A DNA stretch of 64,000 bases from Chrysomallon squamiferum. Taxonomy: Eukaryota > Animalia > Mollusca. Location: the NCBI GenBank assembly GCA_012295275.1, contig CM022665.1, positions 7,688,001 through 7,752,000 on the forward strand, read 5' to 3'. Both the position numbers and the translations under genes were made by a program. The notes under the pieces are model-generated. The model saw only the letters and a program-made list of their open reading frames with translations, had not been told where the DNA came from and searched no databases. This document shows positions 49,801 through 62,030 of this stretch, in pieces; position 1 is the stretch's first letter; each line of letters begins with the position of its first letter.

Positions 49801-52800
49801 TATTTGTGGATAATATCTTTTAGTGCCAGACAAATTTGATTTGGGATATATTGTCCAAATAATTGTAATTTAACTTTTTGTTTATTTTTTTTTAAATATT
49901 TTAATTTTTATTATTATTATTTTCTGCTTTTAATCTTTTTTTTTATTATTATTTTTTTTTTTTTTCTTCCTCTATCAAAATGAAAACTAAAAGTGTATGT
50001 TGAATTAAAAAACTGATTATACACACTGCCTTGCATTAAAAGATAATTCTGGATTCATTCACTGTTGAGACTAAGCTATAAATGGCCTCAAGCATCAACA
50101 AACTTTATGTATTAATCACTTGTTTTATCACTTACAACTTTAATTGTTAATCCATCTTAAACCCACTTAATTATTTTTACATTTTTTTTTTATCATTTCA
50201 AATTATTTTAAAATATTTTAATTGATAAAGATGCAGGGGCCATGCATTGCTGGGAGGGTTTGCTTGTCATCCTTGTTACATTTTTCATGATTCATTGATC
50301 CATTTTTTATTGTTACAAAATTTGTATTGTTTTGTGTGTTTTTTTGTTTAAGTTTTGTCTCTATAGCAGTAATAACATCACTTAGTAATAGCTGGCTGCT
50401 TCTGTAGAAATATGAATGTGCTGATCTTTATTTCTAAAATTGTTATCATTATGTTTTTAATACCAGTAAACTTTTTAAAATTTATTTTTGGAGTAATTAT
50501 TAATGCACAATTAAATATGTAAAATCATTTTAAAACTTAAAATGTTATATAATTTTTATAATAACAAGATTGAGTAACAGTGTGAAAAAGTTTCAAAACT
50601 GTTAACATTAGCATTTTGTTATCTCCTCAGTATATCTCTAAATTCCACTTAAATTTATTTTGTGGCATTAAAATAAAATTAATTATTTCACTGAAACATT
50701 AAATTTCAAAAAAGGGAAGAAAGAATATTATAATAATAAAAAAAGAAATATATTTTGAAATTTAAAAAGCACTTCTGTTTATCAGAAAAACTTAACAAAA
50801 GGAATGTGAATTTACAAAATCTTGGTCTGCATAGAAATTTTTTTTTTTTTTCTTATAGGTTCCCATTATCAATGACCTTGAAACTCGTCTTTTCAACTTG
50901 ATGAAAACAAGGGCAGATAAGCTGCTGCAGAGACGACAACAGGATGTGCGAGACCAGTGCCAGGACTATATGACAAGTCTGTATCCATCCACCACTTTGT
51001 TGGCATGTACCGTGGTACATCAATGCATACAAGTGTTGTAATGTGAACATCCAGTGTGAATGCTCTCTCTCTCTGTTTAACTCATTCGATTCTAATGAGA
51101 TCATCCAATGAAATTTGAGAGGGCACATGATGTAATTTAGCAGACAGTCCAATCATTTTGCCACTTACAAAAAAAAAAAAATGTATATGTATATGCATAT
51201 TTTTCAGATTTCCTAAATCCTTCATTCCTATCTTGTGAAAAATTACTATCCGATTAAATGAAATTTTTATCAGTGCCATGAAACTTTAATCACACACCCT
51301 GAGGGAGCAGATCAGATCATGACAAGATGTTTGTTTAGTAATCATAACAGAGCTGCTGGAAACATACTACTTGACATATACTTTGCCAGTTGTGAAATGA
51401 TTTCTTTGGATGAAATGATAGTGATGGATGTGTACTATCAGGGATGTTGTTTTGTCAGGGACTGCTTAAGGGTTCTGGGGTAAACAGTCTTTGTCCCTCT
51501 GCGTTTTTTTTCTTAAGACAGCACAATAGTGACTTGGGAGTATGAATGAAGACTTACTGAATCTTTCACTTAAAAATAACAATAATTAGTTTTGATATGG
51601 TTTTATAAACATTATTTATCATCTGCTTTTGAAAAATGAATGCAAAATGATCACCTACCAAGATTCCTGAATGAGTGGCCGCTCGTGTCTCAAATGAGAA
51701 CACAAAAAGTTTTTTTTGGAATAAAGATAGGGATAATTGCAACTTGTACATACCTGACCACCTGATAGTTTAGTTTATTCAGCTAAGATTATATTTTAGT
51801 ATGAAGATTTAACATCTACTTTCAGATTTACCATTCATTCAGTAGATTTTTATCTATTTTTTGATAGTGGTAAGTGGCTTAAGCAGACCTAATTTAGATG
51901 TTATTTTATCATGTATGTTACCTGTGGTTTTTGTTTTTCTGATTATCAGGCAAGACCATTAAAGTTGTGATGGGAACCAGTGAAGAGCTAGCTAAACAGA
52001 GAAGAGTTGCTGAAAGAGAAGCTAGAAGGTTGATTATTTTATAATATATAAAAAAAAAAATGCTATTTCCAGCATTATTGTCAGATGTGGCAATCTATAT
52101 ATCCTCAAAAAAAGGCTGGTAATATCAAAGAGGAAAGGAATTTGCTCAGCAACACGTTCTTTTTTTTTGTTGTATATACTGACAGCAAAGATTTTTACCA
52201 GTTTGCAAACAAGGATGGATCAAGTGAATTTAAATAAAATCAGGAATATATTTGAGATACTAATTTGAAGAATATTGTAGATGAAGAATTGTAAGTTGGA
52301 TATTGGATCAGTTTTAAAAACAATCAGTTAAACAGACTAGTCAGTTATCCTGGAACATTGATGACTTTTTAGAAGACCAAAAATACAAATACACAGGCAT
52401 AATATTGAAGTAAATATTTGTATTACCATGTTTTTGTAAGAACTCAAGTAACATCTTCATAAACTGTAATTTGAGAGATTTTGTGTTTGTTTTTATTACA
52501 GGTCAAGACGACGGCGATTGCGAGAATCAAAGGATATAAAAGGACATCATGATGGTTTATCATCAGATGATGAAGAGAGTCAGTCAGATGTTTCTAAGTT
52601 TACAATGGAGAAAGGTGGACTTCTATTTACATATTTCATGACTGGCCAAAGCACAGTTATCTTCTTTCTTTTTTTCCCTTTATCTTTATTTAACATTGTT
52701 TGGATAGTATTCTGAAGATATTAAGTGTAGTATTTTTGTATATGTTTTTTTTATTCATTTATTTATTTAGCAGTTACAGTTTAATATGATACTAAATATA

Positions 52801-55800
52801 ATTTTGGCAGCCATATTTCATATTGAAAATAGGTGTGATTTAAAAATTTCCAAAAGTTACATGTATATAGGTTTGTGAAATGAATTCATGCATGTATTAT
52901 TGATAAAATAAAAATTTTAGTTTTTCACTAACATGTATTATTATAATTTTGAAATAAGTTGTACATTTCTGGCATGATAAAAATAAAAATAACATTTAAT
53001 GATACCTTGAAAATGAACTGTTAACTATTTAATTTTCATTCAGATCACATAATGCAAGCTGCTGGTCAGCTGTTTGATGATGTTGTTGATGACTTCAGTG
53101 AATTGGAGTGTGTAAGGAAAGAATTTGAAAAGTGGAAGTTCACCTACAGAGAAACATACCAAGAAGCATATATTGGACTCTGTCTGCCCAAACTTATGAA
53201 CCCATTTATCCGATTACAGCTGCTCAACTGGAGGCCACTAGAGGTAAATGTTTGAAATTCTTTGATATTAAATATTTGCAGTATACACAGTTAAAACTCT
53301 AATGTATAGATATGTCTCAACAGAGAATGTAAAAACTTGCTTCTTTTTTTTTTTTTTTTTTTTAAATATATAAATGGAAATCAATAACGAAAACTGGGAT
53401 ATCTTTTCTTTTTCTGAAATTTTCTTCTTGTTAATTAGCCTTTTCTTTGGATCCATCCACAAGTTAAAAATTATATTACTTCTAACATATTACTTATTAA
53501 CTATTAACCCTGTGAAAGTGTTTAATAGTCATAGATTTACTGTCCTAATTGTGTATCTGCCATTATTAATACATTTTTATATTCATTTTTTTCTCTTAGG
53601 AGAATTGTATCGACTTTGAAGACACTAAATGGTACAACTGTCTTGTATTTCTGGGATCCAGTGATGATGAGGCTATTTCTCAGGAAGATGATGATGTCAA
53701 AATATTACCGGCCATAGTTGATAAAATACTTATTCCCAAGCTCACAAGTAGGAGAGATTTCTTTAATATTTGTATATCTCTTTAATGTCTGATATTAAGT
53801 CTCCTTTTTTAGTTCATATTATAATGAATTGTTATTCAGAAATTTAGACATGTTAATTATATTTATTGAAAGTGGTGAGACTGACAGTTGTTTTTCTTTC
53901 TAGATATGGTTACATCTGTATGGGATCCATTGTCAACCACACAGACATCACGACTAGTGAATCTTGTTCAGAAATTAATACGTGATTATCCAACAGTTCA
54001 TGGAGATTCGAAGAATACACAGGTATATTTTATTAAACATATTTTAAATTGCCTTTTCCTCAAGTCATAATTTAATGAGGTTTGTTAGTTTTAAGTGTTC
54101 TAAACATTTCTGTTATAATTATGTAAATGATAATTTATTTTAATCTTCTTTCTTTTTCTTTTTCTTTTTTAGGCATTGTTAAAAGCTGTTGTGAACAGAA
54201 TGAGAAAGACACTGGATGATGATGTGTTTATGCCAATGTATCCTAAAACGTAAGTTTATTTATTTTTGTGTAATATTTGGCCTTCCTTTTTCTTTTTTCA
54301 AATGACATTTAAAACTTAATAATATTAACATCATGATTGTTTTGTTTTTTTTTATTATTCCATAAATGTATTTTCTTTTTCTTTAGTGTCCTAGAAAACC
54401 GAATGTCAGGACCCGCAGTATTTTTTCACAGACAGTCTTGGACTTGTATCAAGGTAATTAGTTTTGTGCCCTTTATTTTGGTAAATTTATTCAGTTTATT
54501 GTAATAACAAATTATTAATACAAAAGGGCGGTTCGATCATTTTCTCATTTTGATTTTGCCTTAAGATTAATGAACTATAAAGTAAATCTGTTTAGAAGAC
54601 TGCTTAAAAACATTTCTAAGCAACAATTAATAAATGGGTTTGCAATTATTTATTCCTTCATTCTGTTTTGTTTTTGTGTATGTGTGTGCTACCTCTTTAA
54701 TTACTTCAGAATGTTGGCTTATAATAATTTTTATTTTCATATTTTTTTTTTTTTTTTTTTTTTTTAACTTCAGCTTCTTGGCAATTTCATGTCATGGCAT
54801 GGAATACTGTCTACCAGTGTGTTACAGAATATAGCTCTTGATGGTCTTCTGAACCGATACATTATTCTCAGTCTGCACAACTCATTCATTAACAAAGAGG
54901 CGCTGAGCAAGTGCCAGACTGTAAGGTCTTTTTTATCACTATCATCACTGGAATTAATTATACGTAGATAATAAGTACCTACAAAAGTCACATTTTAAAC
55001 TGATTGCAGTTATCCAGATGTCTCTATTACTTTTAAAATTGATATTGTATAAAAGGAGATTTAACATTTTGGAAATTAAATGCAGATGAAATTCTGTAAG
55101 AAATATTTCACAACAGTTCATGGCTTGAAACGTTTATAAAATTAACAGAATAGGCTAGAATTTTTGTTTTTTCTTTTTTGTTGTTACTGCTTATTTCTTT
55201 CTTTATTTTTTTGAGATAAATTTATTTGGGTTTTACATTGTAATAACATTATGATGCTGTTCATAACAGGTTATCATTTTGAGCAGACACAGACTTTAAT
55301 ATATATGTGTGTGTGTGTGTGTGTGTTAGTTATATTTTGTTGTCATGTTGTTTCAGATTGTTTCAACATTTCCAAGGGAATGGTTTATCACTGGAATGGA
55401 CAACACAGACAAAACGATTCCACAGCTAGAACACTTGTGTCGATATCTCAAAGCTTATGCAGAGTCATTACACAAAAGCACTATGCTGGCAAAAGACTCT
55501 GAGAGACTGGAAGCAAGGTATTCAGTTAGAAATTATATTATAGAAGTTTTATAATACAGAACAGTGGTCTTCTAATAAATATTTTAGTTCTGTAATTATT
55601 TTCTAGAACAGTAAAATATATTTAACTTGCAAAAAAACTCTAAGTCATTTCTCTTTAGTGTTTTTTTTTTTTTTTTTTTTAAATATTTTTTTTGGGTGGC
55701 TATTTTAAATCAAATTAATTTTTGTTAATTTCCTTTTATCTTTCAGAGAGCATATCAAACAGATAAGCAAACTACTAGTAAATATTCATGCCTTGGATCA

Positions 55801-55843
55801 TGCATACGAGATGTCCAACAAATACAGTTTCAAAATTTCTTAG
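43645..55843 (+). CDS. PAXBP1: PAX3/PAX7-binding protein 1 / GC-rich sequence DNA-binding factor (GCFC family, NTR2-related spliceosome factor), 19 exons, ~849 aa
   Basis: Exons: 43645-43876, 44309-44478, 44821-44917, 47594-47726, 47972-48093, 48310-48401, 48805-48992, 49525-49714, 50859-50976, 51950-52028, 52502-52614, 53044-53243, 53600-53747, 53904-54022, 54173-54249, 54387-54453, 54774-54920, 55357-55517, 55747-55843. Phases chain. Motifs: MFKKPKRNFRR, LSFHDEE, GEIPDA, FFQEMRGYVRDLVECLNEK, AEREARR, GLSSDDE, YQEAYIGLCLPKL, WDPLST, LDGLLNRY. The start could instead be ATG 43651 or 43660. Confidence 0.94.
44309..44478 (+). CDS. PAXBP1: PAXBP1 exon 2
   Basis: ETETFQVKKSNHSKRVAKQLKKE; NAGNAG acceptor. 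Confidence 0.88.
44821..44917 (+). CDS. PAXBP1: PAXBP1 exon 3
   Basis: KLREEIRILNGDDEEEE...FRSILA. Confidence 0.85.
45749..46069. repeat. Two-copy direct repeat, 180-bp period, in PAXBP1 intron 3
   Basis: 45749-45889 and 45929-46069 align without gaps and are highly similar. Confidence 0.88.
47594..47726 (+). CDS. PAXBP1: PAXBP1 exon 4
   Basis: GEIPDARTIHMIRKQRQ...RLV. Confidence 0.92.
47972..48093 (+). CDS. PAXBP1: PAXBP1 exon 5
   Basis: DDEHDRSDEEDEDEKRIDFTV... Confidence 0.9.
48310..48401 (+). CDS. PAXBP1: PAXBP1 exon 6
   Basis: SDNEASDEDQKQWEAELIRKAV. Confidence 0.9.
48805..48992 (+). CDS. PAXBP1: PAXBP1 exon 7
   Basis: ...EITMESVTKRLKD; the acceptor may lie 3 nt upstream (NAGNAG). 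Confidence 0.85.
49525..49714 (+). CDS. PAXBP1: PAXBP1 exon 8
   Basis: LESMDEVYRGH...YQFFQEMRGYVRDLVECLNEK. Confidence 0.94.
50859..50976 (+). CDS. PAXBP1: PAXBP1 exon 9
   Basis: VPIINDLE...RADKLLQRRQQDVRDQ; weak donor A|gtctgt. Confidence 0.9.
51950..52028 (+). CDS. PAXBP1: PAXBP1 exon 10
   Basis: KTIKVVMGTSEELAKQRRVAEREAR. Confidence 0.9.
52502..52614 (+). CDS. PAXBP1: PAXBP1 exon 11
   Basis: SRRRRLRE...HHDGLSSDDEE. Confidence 0.93.
53044..53243 (+). CDS. PAXBP1: PAXBP1 exon 12 (GCFC domain)
   Basis: LFDDVVDDFS...FEKWK...YQEAYIGLCLPKL...LLNWRPLE. Confidence 0.95.
53600..53747 (+). CDS. PAXBP1: PAXBP1 exon 13
   Basis: ENCIDFEDTKWY...DVKILPAIVDKILIPKLT. Confidence 0.93.
53904..54022 (+). 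CDS. PAXBP1: PAXBP1 exon 14
   Basis: MVTSVWDPLSTTQTSRLV...NTQ. Confidence 0.93.
54173..54249 (+). CDS. PAXBP1: PAXBP1 exon 15
   Basis: ALLKAVVNRMRKTLDDDVFMPMYPK. Confidence 0.93.
54387..54453 (+). CDS. PAXBP1: PAXBP1 exon 16
   Basis: VLENRMSGPAVFFHRQSWTCIK. Confidence 0.92.
54774..54920 (+). CDS. PAXBP1: PAXBP1 exon 17
   Basis: LLGNFMSWHGIL...LDGLLNRYIILSL. Confidence 0.94.
55357..55517 (+). CDS. PAXBP1: PAXBP1 exon 18
   Basis: IVSTFPREWF...IPQLEHLCRYL. Confidence 0.92.
55747..55843 (+). CDS. PAXBP1: PAXBP1 last coding exon
   Basis: EHIKQISKLLVNIHALDHAYEMSNKYSFKIS*. Confidence 0.92.
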
Positions 55844-57073
55844 CATAAAGACACAATCTTTTAACCACTCATTTCATTTATCATTGAAGAGACTGCAGTT
55901 TGCATTTTTATTAAAAACGACTACAGATTTTTGAAAGAACTGGGAAGAAACATTTGCAATGGAATTAACAAAATATCGATTTGTTTTATCATTTTTTTTC
56001 TGGTACTTGCTAAAAGTGATATTGACTGGAAATTAGGAACATTTTGCCAAATAAAAACAGAATAATATGTTATCCCTGATTTCAAAACATTTCATGCAAT
56101 ATAAAACAACAGTCTAATATAGTTCGCAATAAATAACTTGAAGGTCTGTGCTACTGACATCCAAGATCAGGAAATGTAAAAACATATCAACTATTATTAC
56201 TTGGAACTATTGCACTTAATTTTAATTATAGTTAAACATGAAACTTGATAAATGTTTGAATGCAAATCTTGAGATGTATTCAAGTGAGAAAAAGTCAACT
56301 CGCTTAAAGAATTCATAGAGGAATGTCTGAAAATCTAAAAATATGAATTTTGTTATTTTTTTTTTTTAAATTTGCCATTCAGACAATACAGTTCAATTAT
56401 CTTGCATATATTTTACCATATCTGCAGTTTTGAATAATCTCTTGTTATCTGTTTCCTTATTACCACTGTGACAAACCTTTTTTTTTTTTTTTTACTGTTT
56501 TTATATATTATTTTTTAAGTAATCCTGTCATCTGTACATACATCATAATTTAATTGATGTGGTTACTCAAACTTGACAAAAAGAAAATCATTTTGTAATA
56601 CACAGACCTAAATCATGACACTATATATGTAAATTGTAAATTTCAGTGCAGCACAGTTAACAGTATATGAATAGGTAGGTGTTTTAAAAGTAAATGGTTT
56701 TGATAATAAAACATAGCTTGTATAGGTGTATTCATTTTGAGAACAAAGTTTTAACATTCCTGATAATGTTCTGATCATAATGCAAAATTGTTCTGAAAAT
56801 GTCTTACAAGAAAGTTACACCTGCCCTGCAAAACCTGATGTGATTTCACTTAATAAGTGATAAAAACAGATTAGTGTAACAGCATTATTTCTTCAATGTG
56901 AGTTGAAGGTTGTTGTATGTGAAATAATAAGACCTATGGTCTTTTCTTCTTTTAAAGAAATAATAAAAAAAATTATTAATAATTTTTGTGTATTTATTGT
57001 CTGTTAACAAGGTATATGACAAAATATCTTACTAATGTTAGTAATTAAATTTTCAGTATACTGAATTATTGGA

Positions 57074-58016
57074 CAGGGTTTGTATGCATTTTGGAAAGTT
57101 TTAGAAAATCATCAGTGTTTTCCAGGACCTTGAAAGTTTTGGAAAATCAGTTTTTGTTACTTTGAGTTGGGAAAAAGTTATGGAAAATTATGTCCTTGCT
57201 GTAAATAAAATGTATGACAAAGTGGTTTGTTTCACCAGTATTTAGCCCCAACCATGTCCCATTGTATCCACTATAATGAGGTGCAGTTATAGCCTACCCA
57301 GCAAAAATGTTTCTGATTTCTTAGTGGTTCTGTTTTAGCATGATCCTGAAAAATTAACTCAGTCTGTCGGTGCTTGTGCAGATCATCTTTAATTTGAATT
57401 AGAGACAAAGCAAGCATGGTTAGAAAAGGATACCGAATCACTGTTTTCATCTGCAGATTAACTGGCAGAATCTGCTTAGAAAAAAGGAAATCTCACTGAT
57501 TTGACTAAATCTAACTGTTTCCAGAAAACTGAAAGCAAGAAACATGAAATTGCAGTTGTAAATTGTGAAATAATAAATCATAGAGAAGTCCAATTGATAA
57601 TTCAGACCACAAACCCATAAGGAGTAGGAATTGGGGCATTTAAAGTTACGGGTTATTAACTGAATAACAAGAAAGGATCATGACAATTTTTTGTGAAGCG
57701 ATGCGTCTCTATTCATATTTCTGGCATTCTGCCTTATATATCATCATAGTTGCATCCACTCAAAGTATAAAACTGCATTTGAAAATGTCAAAATAAATTA
57801 CATTAATTTTTGTTATTACTAGTAATCCAACCTGTATACCATGCAGCTTAGTCAAAGCAAAAGTTTTTACTCTGACAAACATGTCTAAAAATGAAAAAAA
57901 AAAAAAAAAAAAAATGTGATTGTTCGCTTGAAAATGGTTTTGGAAATTTGGATTTGTGGGCTATGGAAAATTTTGGAAACATTGAAATTTTGACAGCCCA
58001 AGGTGTATGAACCCTG
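57074..58016 (+). mobile_element. Non-autonomous DNA transposon with CAGGGTT termini (superfamily unresolved)
   Basis: CAGGGTTTGTATGCA at 57074 and GGTGTATGAACCCTG ending at 58016 form imperfect TIRs; subterminal repeats of (T)TGGAAA(A) at both ends; no clear TSD. Confidence 0.65.
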
Positions 58017-58846
58017 ATTTTTTTTACAATTACAGAACATACTTACTCCTGCAAAATCACCTTAATATATACAATGCAGAGTAGGTAAAATTTAAATTTC
58101 CATACTAAAATGAAAATACTTAGGTATGTTCTTCACTGCCTACACAGATTCTAATTTGCAGAGTAAATTAGGGCATTTGTTAGGGTTAAGTATCAAAATA
58201 CATAATGTTAACTATGAGAAAATATATCCTAAAGCAACATATGTATGGTGATTTAAAGATTTGATTCTCAAACTGAATTATAAAAACCAAAACTTGTGTG
58301 TGACATTTTATGTGAATTATTTTCTTTGCTTTGCTTCTTATTTTTATTTTTTTATTTCTTCATTTTATTATTATTATTTATGTGTTTATTATTATTTTAT
58401 TATTATTATTATTATTATATTTATTTATTTGTATTGTTGTTATTGTTTTGTTCTTGTTTTTTTTTTTTTTTTTTTTTTTTTTCCACTAACACTAAATGAA
58501 CGAATCGTTGGAATATGCCGTGGTAAACTTACCTTTTGAATTTACAAAATACTTGATTAACATTTGATGATATATAAATGATCTTAAAGGTCAAACGAAA
58601 TAAAGTATGTAATTGTAAGAAATCAAATGTTGAAATGAATGTAAATACATTAAAACGCCACAGACCAAGTCATATTTTTAAAATAAAACTGTAAACATTG
58701 ATAATAAATAAATAAATAAATAAATAAATAAAAACTATGTTTTCAATAACAAACCGTAACATGTTTTCAAGACCAAAACTAGCTGTAACGAATCTTTAGC
58801 GGAAATAACCGATATGTTCCGATAGTTTACGAGAAAGGCCGAAGAT

Positions 58847-58860
58847 GTCGCTACGACAAC
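58847..58860. promoter_or_regulatory. RFX X-box candidate upstream of SPATS1-like
   Basis: GTCGCTACGACAAC versus the X-box palindrome GTTGCCATGGCAAC, ~95 bp before the ATG; a YY1-like AAATGGCTGCC follows at 58878-58888. Confidence 0.6.
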
Positions 58861-58954
58861 GCTTCAACATGTGATTGAAATGGCTGCCTCCATTAGAGTT
58901 TGTAAAGATTGCAACGAAAAATAATAAGACGATCAATGAGATATAACTGAGACA

Positions 58955-58997
58955 ATGCTACACGTTACAACAGAAGTGGGGAAGCCAGGAGTAAAAG
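58955..58997 (+). CDS. SPATS1: SPATS1-like exon 1 (MLHVTTEVGKPGVK)
   Basis: ATG lies in a CpG-rich promoter-like segment; the phase-1 donor matches the next exon. Confidence 0.6.
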
Positions 58998-59028
58998 GTT
59001 CGATTCTTGTTGATGACAAAAAGAACAA

Positions 59029-59083
<55 letters not shown>

Positions 59084-61133
59084 TCATTATGGAAATTATT
59101 TATTAATTAATTTATTTTAATTTTCATATCTAGACATAGTTTAAAGATAAACTGTAATGGAACATTTGCCATGATTTAAAACAAATTTTTACTTAGCAAC
59201 GTTTCTAAATTGCCATGATTCAGAGCAAAGAATTAACAAAATACCTAGTTAACTAATCACCTAGGTCCATGTTTATATTATTTATATAATTGTTTTGACG
59301 TAACAGTTACAGGACATTAATTGTCAACAAATAAATAAATTTATTACATTTGTTAATTTGAAAACAATTCAGAAACAAAATTAAGAAGATATAGTATATT
59401 TAATTCTTTAATGACAGTTCAGCATGACTTGGTGTCAATATGTTTCCTCTATTTTATCAAGAAATTAGATGTATAAGTGACATGAAATAACAATTATTAT
59501 GCACATTTTCATTTATTTCTCTTTGACATATGTCACATGTTGTTTCTATGTTAAACTGTTTTGTTCTTAACAGAAAGGGAAAAAAGACACTTTCCTGACA
59601 TTCACAATGGCCCCTCAGAACCCAAATATAAACCTCGTGGTAGACGCTATATTCCTCATGGTTATGGATCATATGATGAATGGAAACCACATCCACCCCA
59701 CATTAATATTAAATATTCTGTGTGAGTGTGCACTGATTGTAGTATACAAAATGCCTAGTATATCCAAACATTTTAATTCATTACTTATTTTAAATATAAA
59801 ATGATTGATACCAGTTATTTTAATCATTTAACAAATTATTAGTAGTATTCTGGTAAGTTTGTTTTAACTGATGCCAGATCAAATGTATTATTTTTTATAA
59901 AACAATTTTATCACTTTAGTTTTTAATAGTTATTTGTCATATGACACTAATTAAAGATGTTTTGATGTAAATTGATTTCTGTTCATTAAATTTGATTTAT
60001 TGATAGTGATCTGGCCTATTTTATCTTTTTATTTAAATTAATTGATTTCTAACATTATAGCATGAAATTAATTTTACAAAAAAATAATTGTAATAAATGT
60101 TAATTAAAAACTAATAATTCTTTCTTTTTGACTATATATATATATAGTCTTTTGAATTTATAATTAAAAACATAAAATCTGAATTTTCTAATTAATTTCA
60201 ATATCAGTATAGTAAAAAAATGAAAAATTATGATTTTGTGTTAATATTTATACAATTTCTTAAATATGTATTCATGCATAAAAGTCCTGATTTTATATAA
60301 GTGCAGTTATTTTAACATAATCTTCATTTAAATTTGTATAAAGAGTATATTTTGTTACAGGAATGGACCAGACTGGAATTCCCGATTAATGAAGTTTATT
60401 AAACCAGTGTATGAACAAAAATATCCAGCCGCAGAAATATGGCCTAACAACTGGCGTTCTATAAGACCATATCCCTGTAGGTGTTTTAAATTTTTTATTA
60501 TTATTATTATCTTTCTTTCTTTTCTTTTTTTAACTTTTAATGTGTTCTTCCATTTCTTCTTAATTATGTTGTTACTACAGTTACATGATTTTGTGTACCA
60601 AATTTTAATTTTAATTTTAATTTTAATTTTACAGTTACGTGGATAAGAAGTGAAAAGGAATGGCTACTTGATCCCAACCTCACAAATATTGGACTGCGCT
60701 GTGTCTTTAATGGAACTCACAAAGCATCTTTAACATCAGATGAAGAATTAACACATTCAATGATGTTTGGACGAGGCAGATCTTGTAAGTTTTTATATAT
60801 ATACAACTGTGAAATAAACCTTTTTTCATTATTATTTTTGTTTACTTATTCATTCATTTCAGTCATTTTAATTTTTTTTCATTCATTCATTTATTATTTT
60901 ATTTTATTTTATTTTATTTTGTTCTTTTTTGTTTTGTTTTGTTTTGTTTTGTTTTGTTTTGTTTTGTTTTGTTTTGTTTTGTTTTATTTTATTTTATTTT
61001 ATTTTAAAGTGCCTTTGATAAATCAGAGAAATGGGATCAGTGAAATTTCACCTGGTGATAAAAGTTACCAAGCAGTAGAATATTCACCCAATTTTTACAA
61101 CCTTGGATCAACCAGACCTGTTCCAGCTTTTGG
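58955..61133 (+). CDS. SPATS1: Spermatogenesis-associated serine-rich protein 1-like (SASRP1 family), 5' part; the gene continues past the last exon found, probably beyond the window
   Basis: Exons 58955-58997, 59574-59721, 60361-60476, 60635-60784 and 61010-61133 chain in phase. The translation EWLLDPN...GLRCVFNG...MFGRGR...RNGISEISPGDKSYQAVEYSPNFYNLGSTRP resembles the conserved SPATS1 core as I recall it (GKQCFFNG...FGRKK...RNGIPKLTPGDNPY). No stop codon is reached. Confidence 0.8.
59574..59721 (+). CDS. SPATS1: SPATS1-like exon 2
   Basis: REKRHFPDIHNGPSEPKYKPRGRRYIPHGYGSYDEWKPHPPH; taacag|...|gtgagt. Confidence 0.8.
60361..60476 (+). CDS. SPATS1: SPATS1-like exon 3
   Basis: NGPDWNSRLMKFIKP...WRSIRPYP. 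Confidence 0.8.
60635..60784 (+). CDS. SPATS1: SPATS1-like exon 4
   Basis: TWIRSEKEWLLDPNLTNIGLRCVFNG...MMFGRGRS; donor gtaagt. Confidence 0.85.
60893..61005. repeat. (ATTTT)/(GTTTT)n pentamer repeat abutting a splice acceptor
   Basis: Directly visible; ends 4 nt before exon 61010. Confidence 0.9.
61010..61133 (+). CDS. SPATS1: SPATS1-like exon 5
   Basis: PLINQRNGISEISPGDKSYQAVEYSPNFYNLGSTRPVPAF. Confidence 0.85.
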
Positions 61134-61642
61134 GTAAACATTCATTGTTGTTTGTTTTATTATTATTATTATTTATTTTATTTTATTTTATTGGTTTAAT
61201 TTTTTTTTTTTCATTATTATCCTCTTTACTCTGATAGTGCCATGTTATTATTTATATATATATATATATAAAACATAGACCACTAAATAAAATTTTAATG
61301 CAGGTCATTTTTGTACCTATAACATTAGTGTAATGTCAGGCTATTTAAGTTACTCGGGAGGCCATGAGAGTTAAAGTGACTTAATAAATAATTTTATTGA
61401 AATTGTTACACTTAACTGAATGTATTTTCACAGTATATGTGTCAAAAAATTTATAAATGTCACTACATGAAGCACTAATAACTGATGTGTCAACATATTT
61501 GCACTCACCTTACCCATGTTCACGTATCACACTTTGCATTTATTTTAATCAGAATATATTAAAAACAAATAGTGCTGTTAAAATAAAAGGCAAAAGCAAA
61601 AGGTTTATGTAAAGAAATTACCTCTTTTTTCCTTTTTTTTCC

Positions 61643-61682
<40 letters not shown>

Positions 61683-62030
61683 TATGTCATATTGACTGTA
61701 TACATATTTTTTCAAGACATGATTACAAGCAAAAAGTTCCAAAACAATTTCTTTCAATTAATATATATTAAAAATGTATGCTATCTGTACATAATGTTTT
61801 TAAATCGTTTTTAGTTAAATGGTTTAAAAATAGCCTAGTCCATAAGTTGTTAATACTTAAATTGTGTGATATTTAAAACTATTATTCAGTCATTTTGCAT
61901 AATGTTTTGTTATATAAACCAATATTAACATAATGAAACAAAATTGTTAAATGATTTAAATAATTTTCCACTTTTATTAAAAACAAATTTGGCCATTATT
62001 ATTTTTACATTCATTATGGGCTCAGTTAAG

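Noticed and set aside
59607-59804. ORF MAPQNPNINL...
   Set aside because: Wrong frame; the phase-consistent SPATS1-like frame reads REKRHFPD...
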